Source of the DNA: Gammaproteobacteria bacterium
GTDB lineage: Bacteria > Pseudomonadota > Gammaproteobacteria > JACCXJ01
Direction of reading: 5' to 3'
Assembly (NCBI GenBank): GCA_050740695.1
Contig: JBOIDR010000002.1
Span: forward strand, 3,307 to 67,306
Length of the DNA stretch: 64,000 bases
Within the stretch, counting starts at the first letter, position 1; the number at the start of each line of letters is the position of its first letter. The notes under the pieces are model-generated. The model did no database searches. It saw only the letters and a list, made by a program, of their open reading frames with translations, and was not told the DNA's origin. Positions 20,545 to 30,766 of this stretch are shown piece by piece. The position numbers were made by a program, and so were the translations under genes.

Positions 20545-21357
20545 TTACCAGATCGTGAACCCCCCGTCGACGATGAGGTTCGCGCCGCTCATATAGGCCG
20601 AGGCCTCGGAGGCCAGGAACACCAGCGCGCCTCGATAGTCCGTGGGCGCCGCCATGCGGCCGAGCGGCGTGCGGCGACCGTATTCCGCGACGAAGAAATC
20701 GTCCTGGCCGTTCTCGACCCCGCCGGGTGAAAGTGCATTGACGCGCACTCCACTAGCGCCCCAGTAGGCCGCGAGGAAGCGGGTGAAGGACAGCACCGCG
20801 CCCTTGCTGGTCGGGTAGGCGGGGGACTTGTAGAAACGCCGGCGGCCCTCGGGGTCGAGATAGAGCGATTGATCGGGGGCCACGACACCGTAGGTCGAGG
20901 CGATGTTGACGATGCTGCCGCGCCCGGTCTTGGCCATGTGCGTACCGATCACCTGTGAGGAGAGAAAGACCCCGGTCACGTTGACCTTGAGGACCTGTTC
21001 CCAGAGATCCAGCGGATAACGCTCGAAGCGCGACGATTCCAGCGCGGTGAACGGATCCTCGTAGCGGTCGTTCAGCGCCGCGTTGTTGACGAGCACGTCC
21101 ACCCTTCCTGTGATCGAGAGCACCGCCGCCAGCAGGATTTTGAGGGACTCGGGATCGCTCACGTCGGCCCGATGGCCGAAGGCACCGCCCCCGATCTCGG
21201 CGGCCAGGTGTTCGCACGCGGCGGCATCGAGGTCCGTCGCCACCACCCGGGCCCCTGCCTCCACCAGGGCGCGGCAGTGCTCGCGGCCCAGCAGACCGGT
21301 CGCGCCGGTCACGATCGCGGTCCGACCCTCTAACGAGAAGAGCTCCGTCGTGCTCAT
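20545..21357 (-). CDS. Short-chain dehydrogenase/reductase (SDR) family oxidoreductase.
   Basis: TAIVTGATGLLG (TGxxxGxG), NNAA and YxxxK-type motifs. The start ATG overlaps the upstream stop (ATGA). Confidence 0.8.
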   Translation of the reverse strand: MSTTELFSLEGRTAIVTGATGLLGREHCRALVEAGARVVATDLDAAACEHLAAEIGGGAFGHRADVSDPESLKILLAAVLSITGRVDVLVNNAALNDRYEDPFTALESSRFERYPLDLWEQVLKVNVTGVFLSSQVIGTHMAKTGRGSIVNIASTYGVVAPDQSLYLDPEGRRRFYKSPAYPTSKGAVLSFTRFLAAYWGASGVRVNALSPGGVENGQDDFFVAEYGRRTPLGRMAAPTDYRGALVFLASEASAYMSGANLIVDGGFTIW

Positions 21358-22718
21358 CACCCCTCCCGTGCCTCTGCCCGCGGCTTGGTATTGAGCCCGC
21401 CGGTCTTGCGGAACACCGGCTCGATCGGCGCCCCCTCGAGCGACTCCGAGACCCGCCCGGCATCGACCGCCTCTTCGAGGACGCCGAGCGCCTCGCCAAA
21501 GGCGGCGAGTGTGTAGTCGATGTCCTCTTGTGTATGGGAGTCGCAGAGGTTGTGGATGCCGGTCCACAAGACCCCGCGCCGGATCAGCTCCTGCTGGACC
21601 AGGGTCTTTAGGACCAGCGGATCACCGGCCCGGGTATCGTCCGCTGGGGTATCAAAACCGACCAGCGTCCGGAACGGATAGCCCGTGACCGAGACAAAAT
21701 CGAGCCCGAGCCTCCCGATGAGCCGTTGCAGGCCCTCCAGGAGCGACTGGCCGCGCAGGGCGATGCGCTCGATGACCCCGTGATCGCGGAGGTAGCGGAT
21801 GCAGGCGATCGAGGCGGCGAGCGACAGGGTCTCGCCGCCGAAGGTGGTGAAGAAAAACACATCTTTTTCCAGGAGCGACATCACGTCCCGTCGGCCGGTC
21901 ACGGCCGAGATCGGCATGCCGTTGGCCATGGCCTTGGAGAACAGCGACAGGTCCGAGCGCACCCCCAGGAACGCCTGGGCCCCGCCGAGGGCACAGCGGA
22001 AGCCCGTCCACATCTCGTCGAAGATGAGGAGCGCGCCGTTCCGATCGCAGAGCCGCCGCAGCTCCGCGAGAAAACCGCCTTGCTCGCGCTCGAAGGTGAA
22101 GGGCTCCAGGATCACGCAGGCGGTGTCGGTATCGAGCGCCGCGAGCACCGAATCGATGTCGTTGTAGCGGAAGGTGCCGGTCAGCTCGGCGGTCGCCACC
22201 GGGATGCCGGCGGCCCGATCGGTCACGGCGATGTACCAGTCGTGCCAGCCATGATAACCGCAGCACAGCACCCGCTCGCGCCCGGTGTAGGCGCGCGCCA
22301 ACCGCACCGCGGCGCTCGTCGCGTCGCAACCGGTCTTCGAAAAACGCACGGATTCGGCATGGGGCACGATCTCGCGCAGGAGCTCCGCCAGCTCGACCTC
22401 CAAGGGGTGCATGAGCGAGAAGGTGATCCCGTCTTCGAGCTGGCGGCGGATGGCCTCGTCCACCGCCGGGTGGCAGTAGCCCAGGATGATGGGACCGATG
22501 CCCATGTTGAAATCGAGAAACTCGTTGCCGTCCACGTCCCACACCCGCGCGCCGCGGCCGCGCGCGAGGTACTTGGGCGCTACGCCCCGAGAGAACTGCG
22601 TGGGTCCCTTGGCGAGGGTCTGGGTGCCCGCCGGGATGAGCCCCTGCGCCCGCGCCCAGAGGGCGTCCGAGCGCTCGATAGAAGGCAGTTCGGGGTTGGA
22701 TTGGACTCGGTTCGGCAT
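21357..22718 (-). CDS. Class III (PLP-dependent) aminotransferase, glutamate-1-semialdehyde aminomutase-like.
   Basis: Full-length match to the class III aminotransferase fold, including LIFDEMWTGFR and SKAMANGMPISAV (Schiff-base Lys region). Confidence 0.8.
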   Translation of the reverse strand: MPNRVQSNPELPSIERSDALWARAQGLIPAGTQTLAKGPTQFSRGVAPKYLARGRGARVWDVDGNEFLDFNMGIGPIILGYCHPAVDEAIRRQLEDGITFSLMHPLEVELAELLREIVPHAESVRFSKTGCDATSAAVRLARAYTGRERVLCCGYHGWHDWYIAVTDRAAGIPVATAELTGTFRYNDIDSVLAALDTDTACVILEPFTFEREQGGFLAELRRLCDRNGALLIFDEMWTGFRCALGGAQAFLGVRSDLSLFSKAMANGMPISAVTGRRDVMSLLEKDVFFFTTFGGETLSLAASIACIRYLRDHGVIERIALRGQSLLEGLQRLIGRLGLDFVSVTGYPFRTLVGFDTPADDTRAGDPLVLKTLVQQELIRRGVLWTGIHNLCDSHTQEDIDYTLAAFGEALGVLEEAVDAGRVSESLEGAPIEPVFRKTGGLNTKPRAEAREG

Positions 22719-22727
22719 GCGATCTCC

Positions 22728-23030
22728 TCAGAGACGTTCGAGCCGGGCCAGGACCTTGTGCGCCAAGGCCTCCGGCGTGTAGCCCTCATGCTCCAGGAGC
22801 GCCGGGTAGAGCGCCGGTTTGAACCAGCGGTCGGGGAGCGACAGGCACAGGGTCTCGGCCGTGACCCCCGCCTCGAGCAGGGTCTCGGCCAGGATACAGT
22901 ACAGGCCGCCGGTCTTAAAATGGTCCTCGACGACTACCAGAAGCCGGCAGGAACGGGCGACGGCGACGAGGCAATCCCGGTCCACCGGTTTCAAGGTCCG
23001 CAGGTTCACGAGCCCGACCGACAGGTGCCG
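22728..23030 (-). pseudogene. Truncated 3' part of a transketolase C-terminal-subunit gene, covering about 80 of 302 aa. The intact paralog is at 30767..31675.
   Basis: Residues LVNLRTLKPVDRD...LERL match the intact copy. Similarity is lost upstream of about 23030. Confidence 0.6.
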
Positions 23031-23534
23031 CGTGAGGGGGCACCTCAACCTGGTCCGCTGAGGGGGGTATTGGCGTTGACCGGCACGTTCGGAGTGATGT
23101 CGGGACGTAGCCTGGCGCTGCATCCTCGGCGCGCCAAGCATGCCCTTCCTTGGGCCTGGCTCCGGGCGCGAGCACGTCATGAAATATTACTCAAGCCGAG
23201 TATACTTTCATAGCTGATCCAAACGAGCTAGGCCAAGCGTTCGGAAACAATTATGAGAAATTTAGTATTAGACAAGATAAGAAAGCGTTCCAACTCTATG
23301 ACGATGGTTGGCGGCTAGCGTGGTAAGCTCTCTAAGTGAAATATTAGACGAGATAAATGCCTCTCTCATGACAGCCAGCGAACGCTGTGGCCGTTACCGT
23401 GCTGCACGGATCAGGGGACAATACACCCTTTTCTGCTATCGGGGCAAATAGGGGGCAAACAATGAGATCGGCTCTAACCATTGCTATGCTTGTTGCTTCG
23501 TTCATTCACGGATGTGCCATGGAGCGCACGGCGA

Positions 23535-23830
23535 ATAGGGATTTTAAACGTCCTTTTTATAAAGAAGCAGAGTACTGCTCGGCTTCGTGAGCTGTCAAGC
23601 ATACGGGTCCGCGGCCTCGGATCGGGCCCTTCCTCGGCCCGAGGCGCTATGTTTCGGGGCGTTTTGGGGTCTCGGGCGAGCGAGGGCCAAGAGGAAGCTC
23701 AGGGGCTGAGCCGGATGGGAGGGGGGTCGGTGGGGGATCAGACCTGTTGGAATCGATCGAAGGCCCTGGCCGCTGCTCGGGGCGGTGCTCGGGCGGACAT
23801 GCCAAGATGCTTGAGGATCTTGGCTCGCGG
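23535..23830. repeat. Copy A of an approximately 290-bp repeat. It carries the 3' tail of an IS91-family transposase remnant.
   Basis: Near-identical to 29113..29395, with a few indels and substitutions. Confidence 0.7.
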
Positions 23831-23835
23831 CACGC
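23738..23835 (-). pseudogene. IS91/ISCR-family transposase extreme C-terminal remnant (...KILKHLGMSARAPPRAAARAFDRFQQV).
   Basis: It matches the tail of the longer remnant at 29313..29495. Confidence 0.5.
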
Positions 23836-23922
23836 CTTCAGCACTTCCTCGTGCGCGGCGGTCTGATGTCGCATAGTCAACCTCCTCGTTAACGTGCCAG
23901 TCGCTGTGGTGCAGGAATGAAC

Positions 23923-24621
23923 TCAGCGGCTGCCAGTGCCTAGGTCGTCGGAATGCCCGGCCTTCAGGCGAGACCACTGGGCGGTGGGGCGTCCATCGGT
24001 ACGGTAATGCTGCTTGCCTTTCCACCTTTGCGGCCAGCCGGTCGGCGAGTCCTCCCATGTCTCCTGCCGCCCGTAGACCGTCAGGTCGAGCAAAGCGTAG
24101 CTGTTGTCCATCGCCTCAACGCCGCGCGTCGTCGTCCAGTAAGTCTCGAAGACACTGGATCCTTGTCGCAGGTAGCAAACGATGTGCATCATGCCCACCC
24201 GGCGTCCAACCAAGAGAGTGTCGAGCGAGTCCTGGGCCGAGTACCAAGGCATCTCCCAGCCCATGAAATCGCGGTACCGGACGCTCTCTTCGTAAGGGCC
24301 CTGGCAGAATGTGGCGTAAGTGACGTCACGGGAATGCAGGTAGGACAGCTCGCGGACCTGCGACGTATAGAAGGTGCAACCCTCACACTGCTCTGCTGCC
24401 GGGTGGCCCGTGTGCCACATGAAGTAGTAGGCGATTAGCAGCCGGCGCCCCTCAAACGCCTCCAACAGCGTCACCACGCCACGCTCGCCGATAAGTGGTG
24501 TCGCACTATTCATTTCGACCATGGGCAGCCGCCGGCGGGCGGCTGCAATCGCGTCGCCTTCTCGTGTGTGAGCTTTCTCTCGAACCCGCAGTGCGTCCAG
24601 CTCGGCCTGGAAAGTGCCCCG
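23923..24621 (-). CDS. DUF899 thioredoxin-like protein. It lacks its own start codon and is fused in-frame to a transposase remnant upstream.
   Basis: RRRLPMVEM...LLIAYYFMWHTGH...CEGCTFY...HSRDVTYATFC...FMGWEMPWYSA fits the DUF899 pattern, including the CxxC motif. Confidence 0.5.
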   Translation of the reverse strand, partial: RGTFQAELDALRVREKAHTREGDAIAAARRRLPMVEMNSATPLIGERGVVTLLEAFEGRRLLIAYYFMWHTGHPAAEQCEGCTFYTSQVRELSYLHSRDVTYATFCQGPYEESVRYRDFMGWEMPWYSAQDSLDTLLVGRRVGMMHIVCYLRQGSSVFETYWTTTRGVEAMDNSYALLDLTVYGRQETWEDSPTGWPQRWKGKQHYRTDGRPTAQWSRLKAGHSDDLGTGSR

Positions 24622-24729
24622 ATCAATCACGGTGGGATCTACGATGGCGGCGATGATCGTCAAGGGGCCACCGCACTGGGGGCAGTGCTCGATGTCGATC
24701 TCGAACACTCGTTTGAGCAGCCGGGCCCA
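24622..24729 (-). pseudogene. IS91/ISCR-family transposase zinc-finger segment remnant (WARLLKRVFEIDIEHCPQCGGPLTIIAAIVDPTVID).
   Basis: The same peptide is contiguous with the ILKHLG tail in copy B at 29313..29495. Here it is separated from the tail by the DUF899 segment. Confidence 0.5.
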
Positions 24730-24781
24730 GCTTATGGGGGCAGGCGCCGCGGGAGGGCGCACCTCAGCATAGTCCGCTGAG

Positions 24782-25463
24782 TTGGGCCTGGGCCTGGCCG
24801 CCGTCGTTGGGATGACGGCCACGCACGCGGGAGCGTCGGGTGCAGCCACTCCGGACGATGGCCACCGACAGTTCTCCAAGGCCGAAACCCTGCTGTGGCA
24901 GACCGACCACCTGGCCAATGTGCGCCGCCCGAGCACGCTCCGCTATCGCTATACCAAGACCGGGACGGCGGAGGAGCAGCATACCGACGTCATCGATCTG
25001 GAGGTGCTGCGCGTCCACGCCGACGGCCAGAAGGGCGTCCAGGTCCACTAATTCACCGGCAAGCAGGAGCGGCCCGTCCCCGAGCAGGACCTGGTCACCG
25101 GCAACCCGGTCCTCGCGGTGTACCTGCAGGGCGCTGTCTACGCGATGAACCGCCGCCCCGAAGGGGGTTGGCGCTACTTCCACCGGGCCATCAAGACGGC
25201 GCTCGCGGCGACCAATACGGTAGAGTCCATCGGCCTCGATTTTCGTGACCGGAAGGTCCCGGCGAGCCGGGTCACCATCACCCCCTATCTCGGCGATGCC
25301 AAGCGCCTACCGCTCAAGGCCTATGCCCAGACGACCTATGCCTTCACCTTCGCCGATGGCGGTCCCGGGCCAGCTCTATGAGATCCGATCGCTCGTGCCC
25401 CAGCCCGATGGGGCGCCCCTCATCGAAGAGGCCCTGACCTTCGTCGAGTCCAAGGATCGGTAA
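24782..25463 (+). pseudogene. Hypothetical gene broken by frameshifts and a stop.
   Basis: Three consecutive ORFs in different frames (24782..25051, 25118..25381, about 25245..25463) read as one continuous polypeptide. Confidence 0.3.
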
Positions 25464-25536
25464 AGGTACCCCCCCCGACCATGGCCCGAGAGACCATCCC
25501 AGCCGCATGGCTGTTGTTGCCCCTGCGGCTCGCGCG

Positions 25537-27483
25537 TTACCGGCTAAACAGCACAAAGCCATTGGCCGGAATCGTGATCTCCGCAGAGGCAGGCATGTTA
25601 TCCCAGGCAACGCCCTCGGCCCAAATGCTGCCACCGTTGCCGGCCACCGACGGGTTTGGCAACTGATCATAATAATCGCTATTAAAGATCTCACGCCAGG
25701 GGCCGCCGCCCGGAAAGCCGACGCGATGCCCGTAGCGGTTAAACTCCTGGAGATTGCCCACCAGGAGCACGTCGTGTCCAGCTCCCTCGATCCAGCGATG
25801 CACAACGATCACTCGGTCGAGGCTCTCGGCGCGGGACACGCGTAGCGATTCACCACGCAGGCCAGAAAACGAGCGGCGCAGCCAGATCAGGTCGCTCAGA
25901 AAGTGCAGATAATCCTGCCGCACCTTGTCAGTCGCGAGTGCCTCCCACTCGATGAGCAGGTCTGGACGGAACCCGACGGCGTCGCTCCACTGTTTGTCTT
26001 CGAGGAATTCCTGGCCCATGAAGAGCATGGGCATGCCACATGACACCAGCAGCAGCCCGGCGGCAAAGCGGGCACGGCTTCTGGCGTACCAGGAGCGCGG
26101 GGCTGATCCGTCCGCTAGGCGGGCCAGACGCGGGCCATTGCCATCGTAGACAATGTCGTGATTCTCCAGGCAGTTCACCACCTTCCACGCCGCTGAGAAC
26201 CCAGGAGGCGTATCCAGGCCGGACGCCAGGGCCGACATATCGATATAGGAGTTCTGTCCGCCGCTGGCCTGCCCAATGGTCTGGCGCACAGCATCACGCA
26301 ACCTGTCGCCCCAGGCGGCGTCAAAGCCCAGGCCTTGCGGCATCACACGCACCGCCGCGGCCCGATCACTGGCCCAGTACTCGGCGATCTGGATCGCCTG
26401 CGGTTTGCGAAAGCGCACCGTGCCGGTGAGGTCCTGGCAAAACCGACCACCACCATGCGTGTCGATCACGGTCACCTCGTCGTAACGAATGCCGTCGATG
26501 TGGTACTCATCGAGCGAGAACGTCGCGTTGTCGATGAGGAACTGCCGCACATCCTGGTTCCAATAGGCAAAGATGAGTCCGCCCACCCAGCCTTGATCGG
26601 TGAAGTACAGACTGCGGTTTTCATCGCCAGAAGGCTGGCGGTCGAAAAATCGCAGGGAGCGGGCGTCCCAGCCACCGCCGGCATGGTTGTATACAAGGTC
26701 GAACAACACGGCGATGCCATATACGTGCAGGATATCGATCACACACTTGAGCTGATTGGGACCGGGTTCGAGCTGGCTCGCCGTGATCGGCGCGTGGCCC
26801 TGCGCCGCGAGCAGGGTATTGGCCTGCGCCAGGTAGCGTTGCAGCTCCTGCGGCTGCTCGACCTGATAGTCCATCTCGGGCGAGAAAAGGTCCAGGCCGT
26901 TGTAGCCACGGCTCGTTTCAGTCGGGAACTCTTGGATGGGCAGCAACTGGATCGCATTGATACCCAGAGTACGGAAGTACTCGACGCGGTCGAGGATATC
27001 GAGGAACTTGGCGATGGCGCGCCGCTTATCCCGGCCCGCGGCATCAACGCCGTAAAAGACCCCCACGTGCAACTGATACATGATGAGGTCGTTGAAGGCC
27101 GGCGTCCGGAAGCCCGCGTCGTGCCAAGGATACGTGGTTGGAGAGCGCACCAGGCAGTCCGAATCGGGAAATCCCGGCGTCAGTTCGCGGGCGCGCGGAT
27201 CACGTTTGAGGCCGGTACTGCCGGTCCCCACGATCCAGAACAGATAGGGTGTGCCTTCGGTTGCACCCGGAACAAAGCCGCCCCACGTCCCATCGCCCAG
27301 GGTAAACAGCGCATCGTCGGCAGCGGGCACAAAGCCAGGTTGGCGCGCCGCGGTCAGCGCTGAACCCGTGAGCACAAACACCTGCTGTGCCTGTGGCGCC
27401 CAGGTCCGAAAGGCCACGCCGTCGGGGAGCAGCGTCGCTCCCAGCGGCGTATTGCGATCGATGTGCGTGCGTATCGTTGGCAT
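25537..27483 (-). CDS. Glycoside hydrolase family 13 (alpha-amylase superfamily) enzyme with an N-terminal CBM48-like domain. It is branching-enzyme-like or debranching/trehalohydrolase-like.
   Basis: GH13 catalytic regions are GIRYDEV (nucleophile Asp), EYWA (acid/base Glu) and ENHD. N-terminal FRTWAPQAQQVFV is CBM48-like. Confidence 0.7.
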   Translation of the reverse strand: MPTIRTHIDRNTPLGATLLPDGVAFRTWAPQAQQVFVLTGSALTAARQPGFVPAADDALFTLGDGTWGGFVPGATEGTPYLFWIVGTGSTGLKRDPRARELTPGFPDSDCLVRSPTTYPWHDAGFRTPAFNDLIMYQLHVGVFYGVDAAGRDKRRAIAKFLDILDRVEYFRTLGINAIQLLPIQEFPTETSRGYNGLDLFSPEMDYQVEQPQELQRYLAQANTLLAAQGHAPITASQLEPGPNQLKCVIDILHVYGIAVLFDLVYNHAGGGWDARSLRFFDRQPSGDENRSLYFTDQGWVGGLIFAYWNQDVRQFLIDNATFSLDEYHIDGIRYDEVTVIDTHGGGRFCQDLTGTVRFRKPQAIQIAEYWASDRAAAVRVMPQGLGFDAAWGDRLRDAVRQTIGQASGGQNSYIDMSALASGLDTPPGFSAAWKVVNCLENHDIVYDGNGPRLARLADGSAPRSWYARSRARFAAGLLLVSCGMPMLFMGQEFLEDKQWSDAVGFRPDLLIEWEALATDKVRQDYLHFLSDLIWLRRSFSGLRGESLRVSRAESLDRVIVVHRWIEGAGHDVLLVGNLQEFNRYGHRVGFPGGGPWREIFNSDYYDQLPNPSVAGNGGSIWAEGVAWDNMPASAEITIPANGFVLFSR

Positions 27484-27848
27484 CGTTCGTTGCTCCTGGG
27501 TCTCAGTCGTAGCCGCCGAACATGAACAGCGTCATCTCCATGTCGGTCGGATTGATCAAGCCATGCAGGTTCCCGCCTTTGAGCATCGCCAGGTGCCCGG
27601 ACGTCATGGGTGGGACAGGGTGAAGGCCTGAACCTTCCACAAAGAAGAGCCGCGCTTATCTCAGCATGGGGCGTTGCCGGTGACCACTGGAAGTCCGTGT
27701 TGGCGGTAGGTTGTCGGAACCAGCTTTGAAGCGGAAAGATTCATCTTGCTGCTTTAAACCTCGAAGGAAACGCCCCGTGCGGACCCGCATGCGGGGTGTT
27801 GTGGGGGCTGGGGGTTAAACACGGCCCGAACTACCCCATTAGCCATTT

Positions 27849-28592
27849 TCACGACAAGAAATGGTGCACGACTAAGAGTAATAATCCACTGCAGTAGAAA
27901 ATGATATTTAGACCATACAACTCGATACTGTCGGCAAGCTGCGAAAACCCACCCACTCCACAGCTCACGGGGATTTCTCGGACATGCTTAGTTTTTGAAT
28001 AGAAAAATGTGTCTGATTCGCGAAGTGTTAATTCTACGAGAGCTATGGACCACTTACTACCAATAAGCCAGTTCCAGACGAGAAGATATATTGAAATAAG
28101 GCAGTAGGAGATAAAAGAACCAATCGGCTTGATAGAAAAAGGGACGCACGCAACTACCAGAGTTGCACCAAATAGGTAATAGAGCCATGTAGTCGGATCT
28201 TTCGCGCTCATCAAATAAATCAGCGATCCTTCGCTAATCGGATGACGCCTCATTAGTCCGCGAAACAGCAAGGGCCCGGCCAGCGTAAGCTCGTCAAACA
28301 ATGACCTGCATTCTTGTAAGGATTGCTTTTCCCTAAAAGCGAAAAGGGAATTAACAAAATGCTCGGCGCAGAACTTGTGCGCAATAGTCATGATCAGAAC
28401 TGCTATCCAAGCTTGCGCCGTTGAAAGCTCTACGTCGCCTACTTTGAACGTGGACTTTCCAGTCAGTTTCAACGCCACGATTGTCAGGGTTAGGGTTGCA
28501 AAAAAGATAAGCACCTTGCCAAGAAGTTCTGCATTACTTGAAGCCGCTGCCTTCAGAACGTCGTCCTTCTTATCGATTTTTTTCTGCGGCAT
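27849..28592 (-). CDS. Low-GC polytopic membrane protein of unknown function.
   Basis: GC is about 40-45% against a 67% background. Four or five hydrophobic helices. No recognisable motif. Confidence 0.5.
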   Translation of the reverse strand: MPQKKIDKKDDVLKAAASSNAELLGKVLIFFATLTLTIVALKLTGKSTFKVGDVELSTAQAWIAVLIMTIAHKFCAEHFVNSLFAFREKQSLQECRSLFDELTLAGPLLFRGLMRRHPISEGSLIYLMSAKDPTTWLYYLFGATLVVACVPFSIKPIGSFISYCLISIYLLVWNWLIGSKWSIALVELTLRESDTFFYSKTKHVREIPVSCGVGGFSQLADSIELYGLNIIFYCSGLLLLVVHHFLS

Positions 28593-28705
28593 ATGGTCAC
28601 TTGGACTGGTCAGTGGAAATAGATCTGGGAGTTGGTCTTATCGGGCAGTATGGTCCTGAAGCGGAAAAGAGTCAAGGAGCCGGATGGACGCAAGGCCGTC
28701 TGCGG

Positions 28706-29062
28706 CTACTTCTCGCGACGTCGCCGGAGCGGAGAAACGGAACGGTTCATCGTGTACCTCATAAAAGCCGGGCTCCTGCCCGTTCGGTTCAGGCCGCCCA
28801 TCGGAAGAACGGAGGCCGGTAGCCCGAGGGAGAGGCGGAAGCGTTTGACAGGGCGCAGCCTTCCTTGAGCGCAGTGCGGGCAGCGTTTGGGGTGGGTTCC
28901 GAGGATCCGAACGAGGAACGCTTCGACGGTTTCCGGTTCGCGCGGTGCGGGAATGGAGACATCGAGGGCGAGCCGACAGGAGTGTCGGATCCGCATGAAG
29001 CCCTTGGGGAGCAAGTGGAGCAGAAATCGACGGATAAACTCCTCGACCGGGAGGCGCATCAC
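28706..29062 (-). mobile_element. IS91-family (HUH Y2) transposase fragment covering the C-terminal approximately 115 aa only.
   Basis: FIRRFLLHLLPKGFMRIRH...KRCPHCAQG matches the conserved C-terminal region of IS91-family transposases. The N-terminal catalytic part is absent. It abuts the repeat at 29113. Confidence 0.5.
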
Positions 29063-29112
29063 CTTCCCTTTTTTGCGATGAGCGTAGTCCCGCCAACGGA
29101 AACGGAGCGAAT

Positions 29113-29395
29113 AGGGATTTTAAACGTCCTTTTTATAAGAAGCAGAGTACTGCTCGGCTTCGTGAGCTGTCAAGCATACGGGTCCGCGGCCTCGGATCGG
29201 GCCCTTCCTTCGGCCCGAGGCGCTATGTTTCGGGACGTTTTGGGGTCTCGGGCGAGCGAGGGCCAAGAGGAGCTCAGGGGCTGAGCCGGATGAGAGGGGG
29301 GTCGGTGGGGGATCAGGCCTGTTGGAATCGATCGAAGGCCCTGGCCGCTGCTCGGGCGGACATGCCAAGATGCTTGAGGATCTTGGCAATCACGG
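29113..29395. repeat. Copy B of the approximately 290-bp repeat (see 23535..23830).
   Basis: Direct sequence comparison. Confidence 0.7.
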
Positions 29396-29495
29396 TGGGA
29401 TCTACGATGGCGGCGATGATCGTCAAGGGGCCACCGCACTGGGGGCAGTGCTCGATGTCGATCTCGAACACTCGTTTGAGCAGCCGGGCCCAGTG
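29313..29495 (-). pseudogene. IS91/ISCR-family transposase C-terminal remnant, with the zinc finger and tail contiguous.
   Basis: WARLLKRVFEIDIEHCPQCGGPLTIIAAIVDPTVIAKILKHLGMSARAAARAFDRFQQA. Confidence 0.5.
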
Positions 29496-29664
29496 TCGCT
29501 CTTCCCAGAAGGCTGTCAGTATTGATAGTAGCATGCGGTTGCCGCCTGAGGCAATGGCACTGCACGTGGCCATTGGTGCAGTCAGACTTCCCGTGCTTAG
29601 CCCAGCCTGCAGGGGACTTGTAGAAACGCCGGCGGCCCTCGCGGTCGAGATAGAGCGATTGATC

Positions 29665-30757
29665 CGGGGCCGGGTATCGCCCGCTGGGGTATCAAAACCG
29701 ACCAGCGTCCGGAACAGATAGCCCGTGACCGAGACAAAATCGAGCCCGAGCCTCCCGATGAGCCGTTGCAGGCCCTCCAGGAGCGACTGGCCGCGCAGGG
29801 CGATGCGCTCGATGACCCCGTGATCGCGAAGGTGCCGGATGCAGGCGATCGAGGCGGCGAGCGACAGGGTCTCGCCCCCGAAGGTGGTAAAAAAAACACG
29901 TCCTTTTCGAGGAGCGACATCACGTCCCGTCGCCCGGTCACGGCCGAGATCGGCATGCCGTTGGCCATGGCCTTGGAGAACAGCGACAGGTCCGAGCGTA
30001 CCCCCAGGAACGCCTGGGCCCCGCCGAGGGCAGAGCGGAAACCGGTCCACATCTCGTCGAAGATGAGAAGCGCGCCGTCGCGATCGCAGAGCCGCCGCAG
30101 CTCCGCGAGAAAACCGTTCTGCTCGCGCTCGAAGGTGAAGGGCTCCAGGATCACGCAGGCGGTGTCTGTATCGAGCGCCGAGAGCACCGAATCGATGTCG
30201 TTGTAGCGGAAGGTGGCGGTCAGCTCGGCGGTCGCGGCCGGGATGCCGGCGGCCCGATCGGTCACGGCGATGTACCAGTCGTGCCAGCCATGATAACCGC
30301 AGCACAGCACCCGCTCGCGCCCGGTGTAGGCGCGCGCCAGTCGCACCGCGGCGCTCGTCGCGTCGCAGCCGGTCTTCGAAAAACGCACGGATTCGGCATG
30401 GGGAACGACCTCGCGCAAGAGCTCCGCGAGCTCGACCTCCAGGGGGTGCATGAGCGAGAAGGTGATCGCGTCTTCGAGCTGGCGGCGGATGGCCTCGTCC
30501 ACCACCGGGTGGCAATAGCCCAGGATGATGGGACCGATGCCCATGTTGAAATCGAGGAACTCGTTGCCATCCACGTCCCACACCCGCGCGCCGCTACCGC
30601 GCGCGAGGTACTTGGGCGCCACGCCCCGGGAGAACTGCGTGGGTCCCTTGGCGAGCGTCTGGGTGCCCGCCGGGACGAGTCCTTGCGCCCGCGCCCAGAG
30701 AGCGTCCGAGCGCTCGATGCAGGGCAGTTGGGGGTTGGATTGGACTCGGTTCGGCAT
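29665..30757 (-). pseudogene. Second, diverged copy of the class III aminotransferase gene. It has one frameshift in an A8 homopolymer near 29890 and is 3'-truncated.
   Basis: About 93% identity to 21625..22718. The frame switches after ...LLEKDVFF. Similarity ends at GFDTPAGDTRP. It is followed by a 60-bp piece identical to the SDR gene's 3' region (20822..20885). Confidence 0.65.
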
Positions 30758-30766
30758 GCGCTCTCC

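Noticed and set aside
27499-27603. 34-codon minus-strand ORF (MTSGHLAMLKGGNLHGLINPTDMEMTLFMFGGYD) 14 nt upstream of the GH13 gene
   Set aside because: It could be a leader peptide. It has no SD sequence or conservation evidence and is too short to call.
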